The notes under the pieces were generated by a model. The model was not told the origin of the DNA. It saw only the letters and a list, made by a program, of their open reading frames with translations, and did no database searches. From NCBI RefSeq assembly GCF_004363295.1, contig NZ_SNYQ01000001.1:548706-572705 (forward strand): a stretch of DNA of 24,000 nucleotides. The letters are read 5' to 3'. Positions 9,949 through 20,926 of this stretch are shown one piece after another. Source of the stretch: Mesocricetibacter intestinalis (GTDB taxonomy: Bacteria > Pseudomonadota > Gammaproteobacteria > Enterobacterales > Pasteurellaceae). Position 1 is the first letter of the stretch, and the number at the start of each line of letters is the position of its first letter. The position numbers were made by a program, and so were the translations under genes.

Positions 9949-9965
9949 CTTAATTTTTTCTTAAT
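9949..9965 (+). promoter_or_regulatory. Perfect direct repeat CTTAAT-N5-CTTAAT (PmrA/QseB-type response-regulator box) upstream of ygiW
   Basis: Read directly: cttaat ttttt cttaat. The second half-site ends 10-12 nt upstream of a TTTAAT/TAATAG -10-like element (9976-9983). The box lies 59-75 nt upstream of the ygiW ATG at 10024. Confidence 0.55.
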
Positions 9966-10023
9966 ATTCCTTTGCTTTAATAGCGCCCATGTAAAGATAA
10001 ATATTTGCATTAGGAGAATGATA

Positions 10024-10611
10024 ATGAAAAAACTCAGCTTAGTTGCACTTTTAGTCTTATCTGTTGCCGCTACCTCGGCTTATGCTCAGATGGAGAAAAG
10101 CGATAACTCAGGTGCGACACAACAAAACATCCCCCTCCAGATACAGCCGGCTGAGGGCGGCAAAGGGGAAGCTAAGGCAGCTGCTAAAGAAGGTTCTTAT
10201 AAAGGTCGGCACCGGCATGAAGGCCGGGGGCCTATGCCGCACGAATTAGGTGCGAGTAAAATGCCTGGCATGGAAAAAGGCGGACGGCGCAAAGGCGGCG
10301 GGTTTATTGAATCTAAACAACCGGCAAAAGTGGCGGATGCGGAAAAATGGCATGATGATCAGCTGCTTATTCTGGAAGGACGAATTGTAAAACAAATCGG
10401 TAAAAAAGATTATCTGTTTAAAGACGACAGCGGAGAATTGAATCTTGAAATTAACCCTCGTGCCTGGCGGGGCAAACATATCAGTCCCCATGATAAGGTA
10501 CGTTTGTTGGTTGAAGTGGAAAAGTCCTGGGGTAAAACCGAAGTCGAAGCGTTGAAGCTGGAGATGAATAGACTTCCGCCTTCGGATAATGCAGCGCCGA
10601 AGACGGAATAA
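10024..10611 (+). CDS. ygiW: YgiW/YdeI-family periplasmic OB-fold (BOF) protein with a long low-complexity N-terminal extension
   Basis: Signal peptide MKKLSLVALLVLSVAATSAYA. The C-terminal half (GGGFIES...DDQLLILEGRIVKQIGKKDYLFKDDSGELNLEINPRAWRG...VRLLVEVEKSWGKTEVEALKLE) aligns with E. coli YgiW as I remember it. It sits directly upstream of qseBC, as in E. coli, Haemophilus and Aggregatibacter. The track start at 10018 abuts the AGGAGA, so the ATG at 10024 is preferred. Confidence 0.82.
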   Translation: MKKLSLVALLVLSVAATSAYAQMEKSDNSGATQQNIPLQIQPAEGGKGEAKAAAKEGSYKGRHRHEGRGPMPHELGASKMPGMEKGGRRKGGGFIESKQPAKVADAEKWHDDQLLILEGRIVKQIGKKDYLFKDDSGELNLEINPRAWRGKHISPHDKVRLLVEVEKSWGKTEVEALKLEMNRLPPSDNAAPKTE

Positions 10612-10659
10612 GCGGGCTTGGAAAGAATTACCCTTGGCGGTTTTATACCGCTTCCCCTT

Positions 10660-10684
10660 GGCGGCAGCAATGCCGCCTTTTTTG
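10660..10684 (+). terminator. Intrinsic terminator/attenuator between ygiW and qseB
   Basis: GGCGGC-agcaat-GCCGCC followed by TTTTTTGTTTTT, read directly, 49 nt after the ygiW stop. Confidence 0.6.
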
Positions 10685-10810
10685 TTTTTGGCGGCGGACA
10701 ATGGCTAACCCTTATTTGTTTTCAACATTGCTATCCCGTAAAATCGAAAGGTTAGAATTGAACGATAAGGCCATTTAGCGGTGATTTCCCGCCGCCTTCC
10801 CAAATGTGCA

Positions 10811-10819
10811 AAGTGCGGT
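10811..10819 (+). repeat. Hin-type USS core
   Basis: Exact AAGTGCGGT, 8 nt upstream of the qseB ATG. Confidence 0.8.
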
Positions 10820-10826
10820 GAATTTT

Positions 10827-11492
10827 ATGCGAATTTTATTAATTGAAGATGATCCTCTGATCGGCAACGGTCTTGAGGTCGGGCTGACAAAATCCGGTTT
10901 TACGGTGGACTGGTTTAAAGAGGGCGATACCGGCATGGCGGCGCTGAGTAGTGCGCCTTATGATGCGGTAGTGCTGGATTTAACCCTACCCAAAAGGGAC
11001 GGTTTGGAGATTCTACGCCAATGGCGAACTAAAGGTCTGGATACGCCGGTGCTGATTTTAACCGCCCGCGGGGCATTGGAAGAACGCATTAGCGGCCTGC
11101 AAGGCGGTGCGGACGATTATCTGTGCAAACCCTTTGCACTGGCGGAAGTAGTCGCCCGTTTACAAGCGCTGATTCGTCGCAGTTATAAACAGCCTAATCC
11201 GATAATCGAACATGGCGCGATAAGTTTAGATCCCCATCAGCGTAAGGTCAGGCTAAAGGGGAACGAAGTTGCACTGACCATGCGCGAGTATAAGCTGTTG
11301 GAATTGTTTATGTACAATAAAGAACGGGTTCTGAGCCGCACCTTTATTGAGGAAAAACTCTATACCTGGGACGATGAAGTCAGCAGTAATGCGTTGGAAG
11401 TGCATATTTATAATTTACGCCAGAAATTGGGAAAAAGCTTTATTCGTACCGTTCACGGCGTTGGTTATGTGTTGGGTAAAGAAGAAGGATAA
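10827..11492 (+). CDS. qseB: OmpR/PhoB-family response regulator QseB (FirR-like)
   Basis: [14 protein letters not shown]..., phospho-acceptor context [13 protein letters not shown], and a winged-helix C-terminus ([11 protein letters not shown]...[11 protein letters not shown]). The track start at GTG 10806 adds 7 unlikely residues, so the ATG at 10827 is preferred. Confidence 0.9.
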   Translation: MRILLIEDDPLIGNGLEVGLTKSGFTVDWFKEGDTGMAALSSAPYDAVVLDLTLPKRDGLEILRQWRTKGLDTPVLILTARGALEERISGLQGGADDYLCKPFALAEVVARLQALIRRSYKQPNPIIEHGAISLDPHQRKVRLKGNEVALTMREYKLLELFMYNKERVLSRTFIEEKLYTWDDEVSSNALEVHIYNLRQKLGKSFIRTVHGVGYVLGKEEG

Positions 11493-11497
11493 TCGCA

Positions 11498-12862
11498 GTG
11501 AAAAATAGCAGTTTGCGTTTTCGTTTGATGCTGATTTTATCGGCGGTTGCGCTATTGATCTGGACGGTTTCCGCCTTGTTCGCCTGGTCGCAGGTGAGTA
11601 AAAAAACCAATGATACCTTTGATTTGCAACAGATTTTACTGGCGAAACGCTTAGCTTCCTCCGATTTACGCCACCTTCTGAAGGATCGTAAGAAATCCGA
11701 AGAAAGACGCAGATTTGCTCCGCCGCCACCGAAAAGACTGGATGACGATGCCCTTGCCTTTGCCATTTTTTCCCGCCGGGGAGAAATGATCTTAAGTGAT
11801 GATCATAAAGGCAGTAACTTTATTTTTGCGCCAGCACGGGGCTTTTCCGTTGCGACTCCCAGCGGTGAAAGCGCACCCTGGCGCATTTTCTGGATGCCTT
11901 CGGACAACGGCCGTTTAATGATTGCAGTAGGACAGAAAATAGAATATCGGGCGGAGGTCGTTAGGGAATTTGTATTTAGCCAGTTATGGATCTGGATAGC
12001 CAGTCTGCCCTTGTTAATCGGGCTGATTATCTTTTTTATCGGTCGCGAGTTGCGCATACTGAAAAATGTCGGTGAGGAGGTAAAACGCCGTTCGCCGCAG
12101 GAAGTAGGGTTGTTATCCACCCGTCATATTCCGGAGGAAATTCTGCCTTTGGTGGAAAGCCTGAACCTTTTTTTCCAACGTACCTCGGATATGTTATTAC
12201 GCGAGCGGCGTTTTACTTCGGATGCGGCGCATGAACTGCGCAGCCCCCTCACCGCGTTACGGATTCAGACCGAAATCGCACAAATGGCCGCTGATGATGA
12301 ACCCCTACGCCGGGAGGCGCTGCAAAATTTGCAACTGGGTATCGATCGTGCCGGCCAGCTGGTGGAACAGCTGCTCACCCTTTCCCGGCTCGATCATCAG
12401 GAGCAGCCGGAGCATCCGCAACGGATCGATTGGCCCGAACTTATCCGTTCTTTAATTGGCGAGCTGTATTTCAGCGCTCGGGAACGTAATATGGAACTGG
12501 CTTTTATCCATCTGGAAACCCCTTCGCCGCAACAAGGTCAGCCTTTATTGCTCAGTCTGATGTTGCGTAATCTTGTGGATAACGGGCTGCGTTATTGCCC
12601 GCCGGGAACCCGGATTAATCTGTATCTGGAAAAAGACCGTATTCGCATTGAAGATAACGGCGGCGGAGTGGAAGAAGAAGCCCTTGAAAAACTCGGACAG
12701 CGCTTTTTCCGCCCCGCCGGGCAAAATGAAAAGGGCAGCGGACTCGGTTTATCCATCGTAAAACGCATTGCCGAATTACATCATTACCGAGTGAAGCTGG
12801 AAAATATAAAAGCTCCGAATGGTACCCGAGTCGGCTTGCGCTGCCTGATTTTGCTGCATTAA
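11498..12862 (+). CDS. qseC: Sensor histidine kinase QseC (FirS-like)
   Basis: Two TM segments flank a ~130-aa periplasmic domain. H-box FTSDAAHELRSPLT, N-box LVDNGLRYCP, G-boxes EDNGGGV and GSGLGLSIV. GTG start with AAGGA 7 nt upstream, 5 nt after the qseB stop. Confidence 0.9.
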   Translation: MKNSSLRFRLMLILSAVALLIWTVSALFAWSQVSKKTNDTFDLQQILLAKRLASSDLRHLLKDRKKSEERRRFAPPPPKRLDDDALAFAIFSRRGEMILSDDHKGSNFIFAPARGFSVATPSGESAPWRIFWMPSDNGRLMIAVGQKIEYRAEVVREFVFSQLWIWIASLPLLIGLIIFFIGRELRILKNVGEEVKRRSPQEVGLLSTRHIPEEILPLVESLNLFFQRTSDMLLRERRFTSDAAHELRSPLTALRIQTEIAQMAADDEPLRREALQNLQLGIDRAGQLVEQLLTLSRLDHQEQPEHPQRIDWPELIRSLIGELYFSARERNMELAFIHLETPSPQQGQPLLLSLMLRNLVDNGLRYCPPGTRINLYLEKDRIRIEDNGGGVEEEALEKLGQRFFRPAGQNEKGSGLGLSIVKRIAELHHYRVKLENIKAPNGTRVGLRCLILLH

Positions 12863-12865
12863 CTA

Positions 12866-15823
12866 TTAGCTCGGGGAGGTATCGCCTACAAACAGGCGCT
12901 GCCAGATTTGGCGGATAAACTGCCGTTCTTGGTGAAATTCCTGCGCACTTACCAATGTGTCCTCGCCGAGCAGATTCAGATGATGTATCCGGTTACGCAA
13001 AGTTACATAGCAGGATTTCAGGCGTTCCGCTTCTTCCAATTCAATAACCCTATTGCTGGCCATAACATCAAAAATACGGACATTATCCGACCAATAGGCT
13101 AAATCCTGGTTATGCGGCGCATTGGCCAGTACCAAATACTGAGCGATAAACTCAATATCGGTGATGCCGCCCGGATCGGTTTTTATATTGAATTTATCCG
13201 CCGCCGTATTGGCCAGATGAAGATACATTTTTTCGCGCATTTGTCTGACTTCCGAACGCAGTTTATCTGTATCGCGCGGCATGGCCAACACATCGCTGCG
13301 GATTTGAGCAAAGCGCTGTTGCAGGCGGGACTCGCCGAAGACGCTGCGGGCTCGAACCAGCGCCTGATGTTCCCAAGTCCAAGCCTCATGGCGCTGATAA
13401 TCTTCGAAAGCGTTTAACGAACTGACCAGTAATCCCGCTTCGCCGGAAGGACGCAGGCGCATATCCACATCATAGAGTATGCCGGCACTGGTATTGGTAC
13501 TGAAAATACTAACGATTTTCTGTGCCAGTCGCAGATAAAACTGACTGCTATCAATGGTTTTTATTCCGCCCTGGGTTTGGGACTGGGCGCCGTCGTATAA
13601 AAAAACCATATCCAAATCGGATTTATAGCCCAGCTCGATGCCGCCCAGTTTGCCGTAACCTATTACCGCAAAGCCTTTTTGCTCCGGCGCTAAATGGGCG
13701 GGCGTGCCGAAACGGGCGCTGACCTTTTGCCAGGCGGCCTCAACCACGGCGGCGATAATGGCCTCCGCCAGGAAGGTCAGATGATCGCTGACCTTCATTA
13801 CTGGCAGTACATTAAGAATATCCGCCGCTGCAATACGAAGCAGATTGACCTGTTTAAACTGGCGCAGCCCGTCGAAAAACTGTTCTTCGTCCTCCTGGGG
13901 TAAACGCAGGAGATATTGACGTAGTTCCGAGGCATATTGTTCGCAAGGAATTGGGTGGTACAGGCTATCTTGATCCAGCAGTTCGTCCAGCAAAATCGGA
14001 TGGCGGGCCAGCTGCTCGGCAATCATTTTCGACTGCGAGCAGAGTTCGATTAAGCGGGAGAGAACCGCCGGATGTTCCAATAATAATTCCAGATAGGTGG
14101 TACGGGTCAGAACTTTTTCTACAATATTCAGCATGCGAGGTAGCAGAGGCAGCGGATCGGGGCGGGAAAAAATCCGCTGTAGCAGCAATGGGACCAGCGC
14201 GCTTAACACTTCCCGGCCGCGATGGCCGATAGGGCGGCGTGCCAGTTCCTGTTTAAAGCGGCTTAGAATTTCCCATATTTGTGTGCGCAGCTGTGCATCG
14301 CCTGCCATAGCGGCAGGCCAGGGGGCGTTTTCCTGATCATCATCGAGCCTATCCGTATCCAGAAAATCATTCCATTCGCTTTCTTCACTTTCCTGCTCCG
14401 AAGGATTTTCTTCACCGATCAGGCTATTGAAAATATCTCGTACTTTTTGTTGGTGGCCCTGCAGTATTTGCAAGAAGCTTTGCCAGTCTTGAATAGGGTA
14501 GCGGATTTCAACGGGACATTGTTGCGGATTTAACCGGCTGAAAACAGCGCAGGCATGGATAAGACGGGCCTGATCCCGTTCATTTTCCGGCAGTACCTGT
14601 ATCTGTTTATCCTCAATTGCTTGCAAAATATTTTCTGTCCGCCGCAGAAATAAATAAGCCTGTTGCAAATCCTCACATTGCTGCGAGGTGAGAAGCCCCA
14701 GTTTTTCAATTTCCGGCAGCAGGGCGAGTAATGAATATTGTTGCAGGCTTAATTCCCGTCCGCCGCGCATCAGTTGAAAAACCTGCACGATAAATTCAAT
14801 TTCACGGATACCGCCGGCGCCGAGCTTAATATTATTACTCAGATTACGGCGCCGAACTTCGCGGGCGATTTTATTTTTCATATCGCGTAGGGACTGAATC
14901 ACGCTGAAATCAATATAGCGCCGGTACACAAAAGGGCGCAGCAAACGGCGTAGGCTGAGCACATTCGGATCGCCCTCTTCCGCGCCGAGAATACGTCCTT
15001 TAATCATGGCATAGCGCTCCCAGTCGCGCCCCTGTTCCTGATAATAGCTTTCCATTGCGTTGAAACTTAACGCCAGTGCGCCGCTATCGCCGAAGGGGCG
15101 CAAACGCATATCGGTGCGGTAGACGAATCCGTCGGCACTATATTGATCCAAGGCATTGATTAAGCGCTGCCCCAAACGGATAAAGAATTTCTGGTTGTCT
15201 ATCGCCTTTCTTGCCCCACGGGTTTCGCCGCCAGAAGGATAAGTAAAGATCAAATCTATATCGGAGGAAAAATTCAGTTCATAGCCTCCCAGTTTGCCCA
15301 TACCTAAAATATACAGCTGCTGCGGACGCCCTTCTTCGTCCGTCGGCGTGCCCATTTCCGCACAGGCCCGTTGGTACAGCCAGTCCCGCGCCTGAATAAT
15401 CAGTGCTTCGGCTAATTGCGAAAGGCGGATAAAAATCTGTTCCACCGTTGCCAGATTCAGGCTCTGGCAAATACTGAGCAGAGCCATTTCCCGGTTACGG
15501 AACAGGCGCAGAATCCGGTAGAAATCCTGTTCCTGATCCGCTTCCCGCAGTTGCTCGCTCAGTCGGGACATATAGTTTTCACAGGCGCTAAAACTTGGCG
15601 GGGTTTGCCAACATTGGCGCAGAAAGTGCGGTTGTTTATGCAGCACATCGGCAACAAAGTCGGACATCGCCACTGCCTCGGCGAGCCGGCGGATATGGCT
15701 GTCGGGGTTCTGTTGTTCCCGTTGGATCTGTTTATAGAGCTGATGGTCGAACTGCTGCGGAAAATGTTCGATCATTAATGCGGCCAGATGGTTCAGAATG
15801 GTTTCCGTTTGCGGCAAGGGCAT
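12866..15823 (-). CDS. glnE: Bifunctional glutamine synthetase adenylyltransferase/adenylyl-removing enzyme
   Basis: 985-aa ORF with duplicated nucleotidyltransferase modules ([20 protein letters not shown] and [22 protein letters not shown]), which is diagnostic of GlnE. Confidence 0.95.
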   Translation of the reverse strand: MPLPQTETILNHLAALMIEHFPQQFDHQLYKQIQREQQNPDSHIRRLAEAVAMSDFVADVLHKQPHFLRQCWQTPPSFSACENYMSRLSEQLREADQEQDFYRILRLFRNREMALLSICQSLNLATVEQIFIRLSQLAEALIIQARDWLYQRACAEMGTPTDEEGRPQQLYILGMGKLGGYELNFSSDIDLIFTYPSGGETRGARKAIDNQKFFIRLGQRLINALDQYSADGFVYRTDMRLRPFGDSGALALSFNAMESYYQEQGRDWERYAMIKGRILGAEEGDPNVLSLRRLLRPFVYRRYIDFSVIQSLRDMKNKIAREVRRRNLSNNIKLGAGGIREIEFIVQVFQLMRGGRELSLQQYSLLALLPEIEKLGLLTSQQCEDLQQAYLFLRRTENILQAIEDKQIQVLPENERDQARLIHACAVFSRLNPQQCPVEIRYPIQDWQSFLQILQGHQQKVRDIFNSLIGEENPSEQESEESEWNDFLDTDRLDDDQENAPWPAAMAGDAQLRTQIWEILSRFKQELARRPIGHRGREVLSALVPLLLQRIFSRPDPLPLLPRMLNIVEKVLTRTTYLELLLEHPAVLSRLIELCSQSKMIAEQLARHPILLDELLDQDSLYHPIPCEQYASELRQYLLRLPQEDEEQFFDGLRQFKQVNLLRIAAADILNVLPVMKVSDHLTFLAEAIIAAVVEAAWQKVSARFGTPAHLAPEQKGFAVIGYGKLGGIELGYKSDLDMVFLYDGAQSQTQGGIKTIDSSQFYLRLAQKIVSIFSTNTSAGILYDVDMRLRPSGEAGLLVSSLNAFEDYQRHEAWTWEHQALVRARSVFGESRLQQRFAQIRSDVLAMPRDTDKLRSEVRQMREKMYLHLANTAADKFNIKTDPGGITDIEFIAQYLVLANAPHNQDLAYWSDNVRIFDVMASNRVIELEEAERLKSCYVTLRNRIHHLNLLGEDTLVSAQEFHQERQFIRQIWQRLFVGDTSPS
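15624..15632 (+). repeat. Hin-type USS core
   Basis: Exact AAGTGCGGT inside glnE, on the antisense strand. Confidence 0.8.
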
Positions 15824-15883
15824 CGCCGTCCCCCTTTGGTTTGTCGGTTAAAGCGCAGCAACTGTAGCATGAAAAACTAAGAA

Positions 15884-15935
15884 AAAACAGACCGCACTTT
15901 GGGGGCCACAAGCGAGAAAGTGCGGTGCTTTTTGC
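15884..15935 (-). terminator. Bidirectional-looking intrinsic terminator formed by an inverted pair of uptake signal sequences. On the minus strand it terminates the bgl operon after licT.
   Basis: ACCGCACTTT (15891-15900) and AAAGTGCGGT (15917-15926) form a 10-bp stem with a 16-nt loop. T-runs follow on both strands (minus: ctgtttttt; plus: gctttttgctttttt). Confidence 0.7.
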
Positions 15936-15977
15936 TTTTTTAAATGAGCCCTCTCTTGGAACAATCGGCAAAGATAG

Positions 15978-16820
15978 CTATTTTGTCCGGTAGATGACAC
16001 GCTGAATATGCAAGGCTAAATATAAGTGTTCGTCGTCAGTAAGGGATTTATCAAAATTTTGGGAGAGATATTTTTCGATTTTAGCAATACAGCGATAGGC
16101 ATTAGGGTAGGCCGATTTAGTCTGCTTATAGAGAATGTTATCGGGACGGCCGGGCTGAGCGGGGGCAAAAAGCCTCCGGCTGAAATATTGTAAATGGGTG
16201 ATAAAGCGTGCGTAATCATGGCTACTTTCATCTAATTTAAGCTTAAAGTGATAACTTATCAGGTTTAGGATATCTTTGATGATCCGGGTTGTACGATAAG
16301 TGTCTTTCATCGTATTGCTGTCTGTTCTGGCATTAAAAATATGTAATGCGATAAATCCGGCTTCATCATCGTCCATTTCCAATTTCATGCTTTTATTTAT
16401 AAGAGCCACCGCATATTTCCCGACAGTGAATTCCTGCTTATAGAGCCTTTGGATTACAAAGGAAAGCCCGTTTTGTATGCGAGCCCCGCTGTTTATGCGG
16501 ATAACGGCGTGATAAAGATGATCGGTTAAGCTCACATAAATACTGTTGCTCAGCCTGGTTTTTAATTGTTGATTGGCATACTTGACGATTTGATTGGTTA
16601 ACTGAAAAAATTCCGGCGGAATTTCACTGAGGATTTCCGTTAATCTGATGGTGAAGGGATCATTATTTAAGGTAAAGATTTTTTCTATGGATTTTTCGCT
16701 GAGGCTATCGCCGGCTTTTTTACCGAATGCAATACCTTTCCCCAATATCACCAGCTCGGTACCTCGTTCATTTTTAACCTGTGCTGCGTTATTGTTAAAA
16801 ACTTTGGAAATAATTAGCAT
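15978..16820 (-). CDS. licT: BglG/LicT/SacY-family transcription antiterminator (CAT RNA-binding domain plus PRD1 and PRD2)
   Basis: The N-terminus MLIISKVFNNNAAQVKNERGTELVILGKGIAFGKK is a typical CAT domain. The four PRD histidine contexts are present: LTDHLYHA, ALHIFNA, FITHLQYF, ALHIQRV. Confidence 0.9.
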   Translation of the reverse strand: MLIISKVFNNNAAQVKNERGTELVILGKGIAFGKKAGDSLSEKSIEKIFTLNNDPFTIRLTEILSEIPPEFFQLTNQIVKYANQQLKTRLSNSIYVSLTDHLYHAVIRINSGARIQNGLSFVIQRLYKQEFTVGKYAVALINKSMKLEMDDDEAGFIALHIFNARTDSNTMKDTYRTTRIIKDILNLISYHFKLKLDESSHDYARFITHLQYFSRRLFAPAQPGRPDNILYKQTKSAYPNAYRCIAKIEKYLSQNFDKSLTDDEHLYLALHIQRVIYRTK

Positions 16821-16908
16821 AGGTAAGCCTTATCATAAATCACCGACTTAAATTAAGGCGGGTGCATAGTTTCACCCTGTGGTTGGCGCGCTCCCGCCTT
16901 GCCTGTGG

Positions 16909-18426
<1,518 letters not shown>

Positions 18427-18469
18427 TTAAGTTACTTATGCCGATGAGTAAAAAACTTGTTCGAAAAAG

Positions 18470-18478
18470 ACCGCACTT
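18470..18478 (-). repeat. Hin-type USS core
   Basis: Exact ACCGCACTT in the bglF / phospho-beta-glucosidase spacer. Confidence 0.8.
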
Positions 18479-18492
18479 TAAATAATCCCGGT

Positions 18493-20401
<1,909 letters not shown>

Positions 20402-20411
<10 letters not shown>

Positions 20412-20432
20412 GCCGAATTAACGTAACACCCT
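20402..20432 (-). promoter_or_regulatory. RAT (ribonucleic antiterminator) element overlapping the 5' arm of the leader terminator
   Basis: The minus strand reads AGGGTGTTACGTTAATTCGGCAAGCCTAAAC. This matches the RAT consensus pattern GG.TTGTTAC...GGCAA(A/G)ACC known from E. coli bgl and B. subtilis sacB/licS/bglP. Its 3' part is the left arm of the terminator. Confidence 0.8.
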
Positions 20433-20574
20433 AAATTTAAAAAATTTTTTATCTTAATCTTAAATATTAGAGATAGATTATTCTCTCGGGAGAAAAGGTA
20501 GGCGAGCTCAAAACTAAAGGCAAAGCTTCAACAATAAAAGCTCGACGGGGATCACAGAAATTTTGCTAAATTTG

Positions 20575-20609
20575 AAAAAAGCCGAGGGCTGTATAATACG
20601 GCGCTCGGC
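20575..20609 (-). terminator. Putative intrinsic terminator downstream of yeeD
   Basis: The minus strand reads GCCGAG-N17-CTCGGC followed by TTTTTT (A-run at 20575-20580 on the plus strand). The stem is only 6 bp. Confidence 0.45.
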
Positions 20610-20642
20610 ATGGAAGGGTTCCGCACGGGCTGGAGAGCATTA

Positions 20643-20651
20643 AAGTGCGGT
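20643..20651 (+). repeat. Hin-type USS core
   Basis: Exact AAGTGCGGT followed by gttttttc, just downstream of yeeD. Confidence 0.8.
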
Positions 20652-20681
20652 GTTTTTTCAGCGAGTTTTTATACCCTTTAT

Positions 20682-20906
20682 TTAGCTTTTCTGAATAATG
20701 ATTTCCCAAGCGGCATCATCAATTTGGGCGAAATGGGTAACCGGATAATTGTTTTCCGCAGCCCAGCGCGGCAGGTTTTCCGTTGCTTCGGCGCAGGTGA
20801 ACTGAATTTGCAGTTCGTCGCCGGGGGCAAGTTCGAGGATTTTCTTTTTCGCTTCCATTAGCGGAAAGGGGCAAAGATGTCCTTTGGTGTCAAGAAGATA
20901 GCGCAT
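20682..20906 (-). CDS. yeeD: TusA-like sulfurtransferase YeeD (TsuB)
   Basis: 74 aa with the CPFP active-site motif (GHLCPFPLMEAKKK) and a C-terminal DDAAWEIIIQKS. It closely parallels E. coli YeeD as I remember it and lies 20 nt downstream of yeeE. Confidence 0.85.
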   Translation of the reverse strand: MRYLLDTKGHLCPFPLMEAKKKILELAPGDELQIQFTCAEATENLPRWAAENNYPVTHFAQIDDAAWEIIIQKS

Positions 20907-20926
20907 AGTAATTTCTCCGTTGTTGA

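Noticed and set aside
20452-20464. Tandem TCTTAATCTTAA in the bgl promoter region, resembling the CTTAAT half-sites of the ygiW box.
   Set aside because: The half-sites are 6 bp apart, not 11 bp, so they lie on different helical faces. This does not fit PmrA/QseB-type binding. AT-rich promoter DNA produces such repeats readily.
20541-20556. CRP-like site upstream of the bgl operon (minus strand TGTGA-tccccg-TCGAG).
   Set aside because: Only one good half-site; the second half matches 2/5. I also could not define a convincing -10/-35 pair to position it against. It is too weak to call, although catabolite control of a bgl operon would be plausible.
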